Source of the DNA: Candidatus Bathyarchaeota archaeon
GTDB taxonomy: Archaea; Thermoproteota; Bathyarchaeia; Bathyarchaeales; Bathycorpusculaceae
Length of the DNA: 64,000 nucleotides
Assembly (NCBI GenBank): GCA_963782525.1
Contig: CAWAKC010000001.1
Location: 416,001 to 480,000 of the forward strand
Direction of reading: 5' to 3'
Both the position numbers and the translations under genes were made by a program. Below are positions 61,569-64,000 of this stretch, in pieces; position 1 is the stretch's first letter, and every line of letters begins with the position of its first letter. The notes under the pieces are model-generated. The model had not been told where the DNA came from. It saw nothing but the letters and a program-made list of their open reading frames with translations, and did not search any database.

Positions 61569-62957
61569 GTGCCACCGGTGAAAAAAATATTTCATTTAAC
61601 AATAAACAAAAAAACAATACCCATGGTTGTAGCAATTACTGGGTTAATTCTGATGCTTTCCAGTTTTTCGTCAATAGTCAATGGTGAGACTAACAGTAAC
61701 TTTACTTTACCCTGCACAATCAACACGTACGGAAACGCTTGGAACGGCACAATAGCCTTTGACTTAGCAGGAACAATCAATGCTTTAGTGGTTATGAACA
61801 CTAACGGCACAATAGTAAACATGCGCCAATCCTCAACCAGTTACGACGGAGCAACCTACAACATAGCACCTGACACTATAATGTTCGAGGGCGAACCGAG
61901 CTTAAATTTGACTGGAACCGCTTGGTCAACTTGCGCCACACATATCTGGAACCTGGACACCAACACGACCGAAGACTTCCCAAACGTTCTTAGCGAACAT
62001 GACATTCAATACGACCCAGCAAACAACACTTTTCTGACCTTACAGGATTACGTACGCCAAATAGGGAACAACTCGTTTCTCTTTGACAAGATAGTGCAGG
62101 TTGATGCAAACGGCAACATCCTTTGGACTTGGGATACCTACAACTACATACCTCTAAGCGAGGCTTCTCCATTCAACGAGACAGTTAAACTCAAAATAAC
62201 AGCACAAACAGAAGAAGATTTCACGCATGCAAACACCCTCGACTGGGACTACAACAACGGCATTATTTACCTAAACTTACGCAACACCAACACATTCTAC
62301 AAGATTAATCAAACCACAGGAGACATAGTTTGGGCGTGCGGCGAATTCGGCAACTTCACCCTTCTTGATACAAATAACAACCCAGTTTCAAGTTTATGGT
62401 ACCACAGTCACGACCTCAAAGAAGTAGCTCCAGACGTATTCACCATGTTTGATAACGACTTCGACAACAACACTAACCCCGACAACTGCCACAGTCAACT
62501 CATGGAGGTTACTTTAAACGAAACAAGCATGACCGCCTATGTAAACTGGAGTTGGGAAGCCCCAAAACAATATTGGAACAACTACGGAGGAGCAACAGTG
62601 ATTCTTCCAAACGGAGACTACCTCGGCGATTTTGGGGACCCAACACACCAATTAACGCAAAACCAACCTTGGAACTTCAATAACACAGGAGCGGTATTTG
62701 TTGAAGTGAACCCAGCTGGACAAATAATGAGAACTTGGACGTTTCCAGTAGGATGGTTCAGCTACCGAGTTGAAGCATTAACCCAGCAAGCATCTGCCTC
62801 TCCAACGGAGACGCCAACCCCAACAAACTCGGGCTTTTCACAAACAACAATTGTCAGCATTGCACTTGCAGTGGTTTTAATAGTGGTCGCGGTATTAGCG
62901 CTCTCAGTCTATTTTAGAAAAAAAGCTAAAACAAAATTCAGCATTGAACACCAATAG
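61569..62957 (+). CDS. Arylsulfotransferase (ASST)-family secreted, membrane-anchored protein
   Basis: EHDI, DFTHAN, HSHD, MFDN motifs; signal peptide and C-terminal TM helix. Confidence 0.8.
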   Translation: MPPVKKIFHLTINKKTIPMVVAITGLILMLSSFSSIVNGETNSNFTLPCTINTYGNAWNGTIAFDLAGTINALVVMNTNGTIVNMRQSSTSYDGATYNIAPDTIMFEGEPSLNLTGTAWSTCATHIWNLDTNTTEDFPNVLSEHDIQYDPANNTFLTLQDYVRQIGNNSFLFDKIVQVDANGNILWTWDTYNYIPLSEASPFNETVKLKITAQTEEDFTHANTLDWDYNNGIIYLNLRNTNTFYKINQTTGDIVWACGEFGNFTLLDTNNNPVSSLWYHSHDLKEVAPDVFTMFDNDFDNNTNPDNCHSQLMEVTLNETSMTAYVNWSWEAPKQYWNNYGGATVILPNGDYLGDFGDPTHQLTQNQPWNFNNTGAVFVEVNPAGQIMRTWTFPVGWFSYRVEALTQQASASPTETPTPTNSGFSQTTIVSIALAVVLIVVAVLALSVYFRKKAKTKFSIEHQ

Positions 62958-62959
62958 CA

Positions 62960-63799
62960 TCAGCTTAGTGCAGGAGCTAGCATTGGCGGGTACGTTGCAG
63001 CAGGATGTTCAACGTACAGCAATATCATGAGTGCTGAAATTGAAGGGTGCCAATTTGTGTTGTAAGGTGTATCTTGTATGGTAGACCAGCCGCCGTCGGT
63101 ATACTGAGCTGATAAGATGTTTTGCACGAAGACAGGGTTAACCAGGTTACCTTGCCCTGCCTGGTAGAGGAAAGCAGCGGCTTCAAGTTCAATGTCATCG
63201 ACTCGTGAGCCATCGCCTATTAATGCGGCGTTGTCTTGGTAGAGGGTACTTTTGAAGTCTTTTGGTAGTTGGAGGCTACAGTTGTTATTTTGCAGCCAGA
63301 TGGTCGCTAACAACGTGTGGGTCAGTAAGTTGCCTCCGCCATTAACTGAGTCTGTGAGCTGGGAAAGGTAATCGTCAGGCAGAGTGATTCGGTCGCAGTA
63401 GAGAGCTGGAACCGTGAGGCGATCAAGCTGGTTTGTCACCGAAAGGAAATCCTTGGGTGAAACCACATTGTTATAGTCTGCAATGCGTCGGAATATTCGG
63501 GATATTGGGTCTGGGTTAGAAGCAAACTGCTCGTCGAATTGTTGCAATGAATCGTTGAATTCTGCTATGCCGAACTGTCGGTACATCACGTTAAGCATCA
63601 ACAAACCCATAGGTTCCTTTACCTGCCTCAAATAAGCAATGCCACGGCTTATTGCTTGCTGTAACGCCTTATCGTTCGGTTGCAAGGAAGTTTGAGGTTC
63701 ATCATCAGAAGGCGCTGAGGGCCACTTTAGAAGTAGCGAAACCGTCAATAGACTGCATATTACGAGAAAAACGCAGAGCGCTATTAGCGGTTTCTTCAT
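62960..63799 (-). CDS. Secreted hypothetical protein, alpha/alpha-toroid-like
   Basis: N-terminal anchor; AISRGIAYL and Q..DGGW prenyltransferase-like repeats. Confidence 0.6.
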   Translation of the reverse strand: MKKPLIALCVFLVICSLLTVSLLLKWPSAPSDDEPQTSLQPNDKALQQAISRGIAYLRQVKEPMGLLMLNVMYRQFGIAEFNDSLQQFDEQFASNPDPISRIFRRIADYNNVVSPKDFLSVTNQLDRLTVPALYCDRITLPDDYLSQLTDSVNGGGNLLTHTLLATIWLQNNNCSLQLPKDFKSTLYQDNAALIGDGSRVDDIELEAAAFLYQAGQGNLVNPVFVQNILSAQYTDGGWSTIQDTPYNTNWHPSISALMILLYVEHPAATYPPMLAPALS

Positions 63800-64000
63800 A
63801 CTTTATCTAATCAGTTGAATAGTTTTTAATCTTATATAATTTCATCATTTCAATGAACAAAAATACAACTAACAGAATCGAGAGTTTGCTTTTTTGTTTC
63901 TTTACACCTTCGACAACAAGAAATTGAACTCTTTTTAAATTTTGATCCAAAGGTCCTGAGAACCTCTTCCCAGAAAAAATCAGAAACCTTGAAAAGAAGC

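Noticed and set aside
1-64000. CRISPR array, rRNA or IS transposase
   Set aside because: No regularly spaced repeats, rRNA-like tract or transposase motifs were seen by eye.

Overview
Archaeal genomic window, most likely Bathyarchaeia. This is inferred from Alba, an archaeal Sec11-type peptidase, TATA promoters, CCA-encoding tRNAs and a large family of anchored beta-propeller proteins. The first ~30 kb holds a P-type ATPase, an MMPL transporter, a tightly overlapping 7-gene operon built around a reductase-adenylation fusion, tRNA-Ala(UGC), housekeeping genes (Mrp/NBP35, Alba, YHS-phosphorylase, bacterioferritin, signal peptidase, MFS, GT39) and then an orphan, frameshifted terminase pair at 30.4-32.4 kb. 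The 32.5-60 kb region is an accessory island around tRNA-Val(UAC) built from a repeated module. It has six co-oriented, secreted, C-terminally anchored PQQ-like beta-propeller paralogues and three copies of an unknown ~95-aa protein sitting directly behind them. It also has two copies of a divergent 7-TM membrane protein plus small winged-helix pair, and a palindromic CTCAC-N5-GTGAG operator exactly 5 nt upstream of the TATA box of four paralogues. Degenerate tRNA-half repeats and candidate structured RNAs lie in the same region. This module is the best candidate for an undescribed surface sensing and regulation system. The window ends with an orphan N4/N6 methyltransferase facing a decayed nuclease, an arylsulfotransferase-like protein and a secreted hypothetical. 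Many genes carry single nonsense or frameshift lesions. All family calls come from motif recognition by eye; no searches or folding programs were run.
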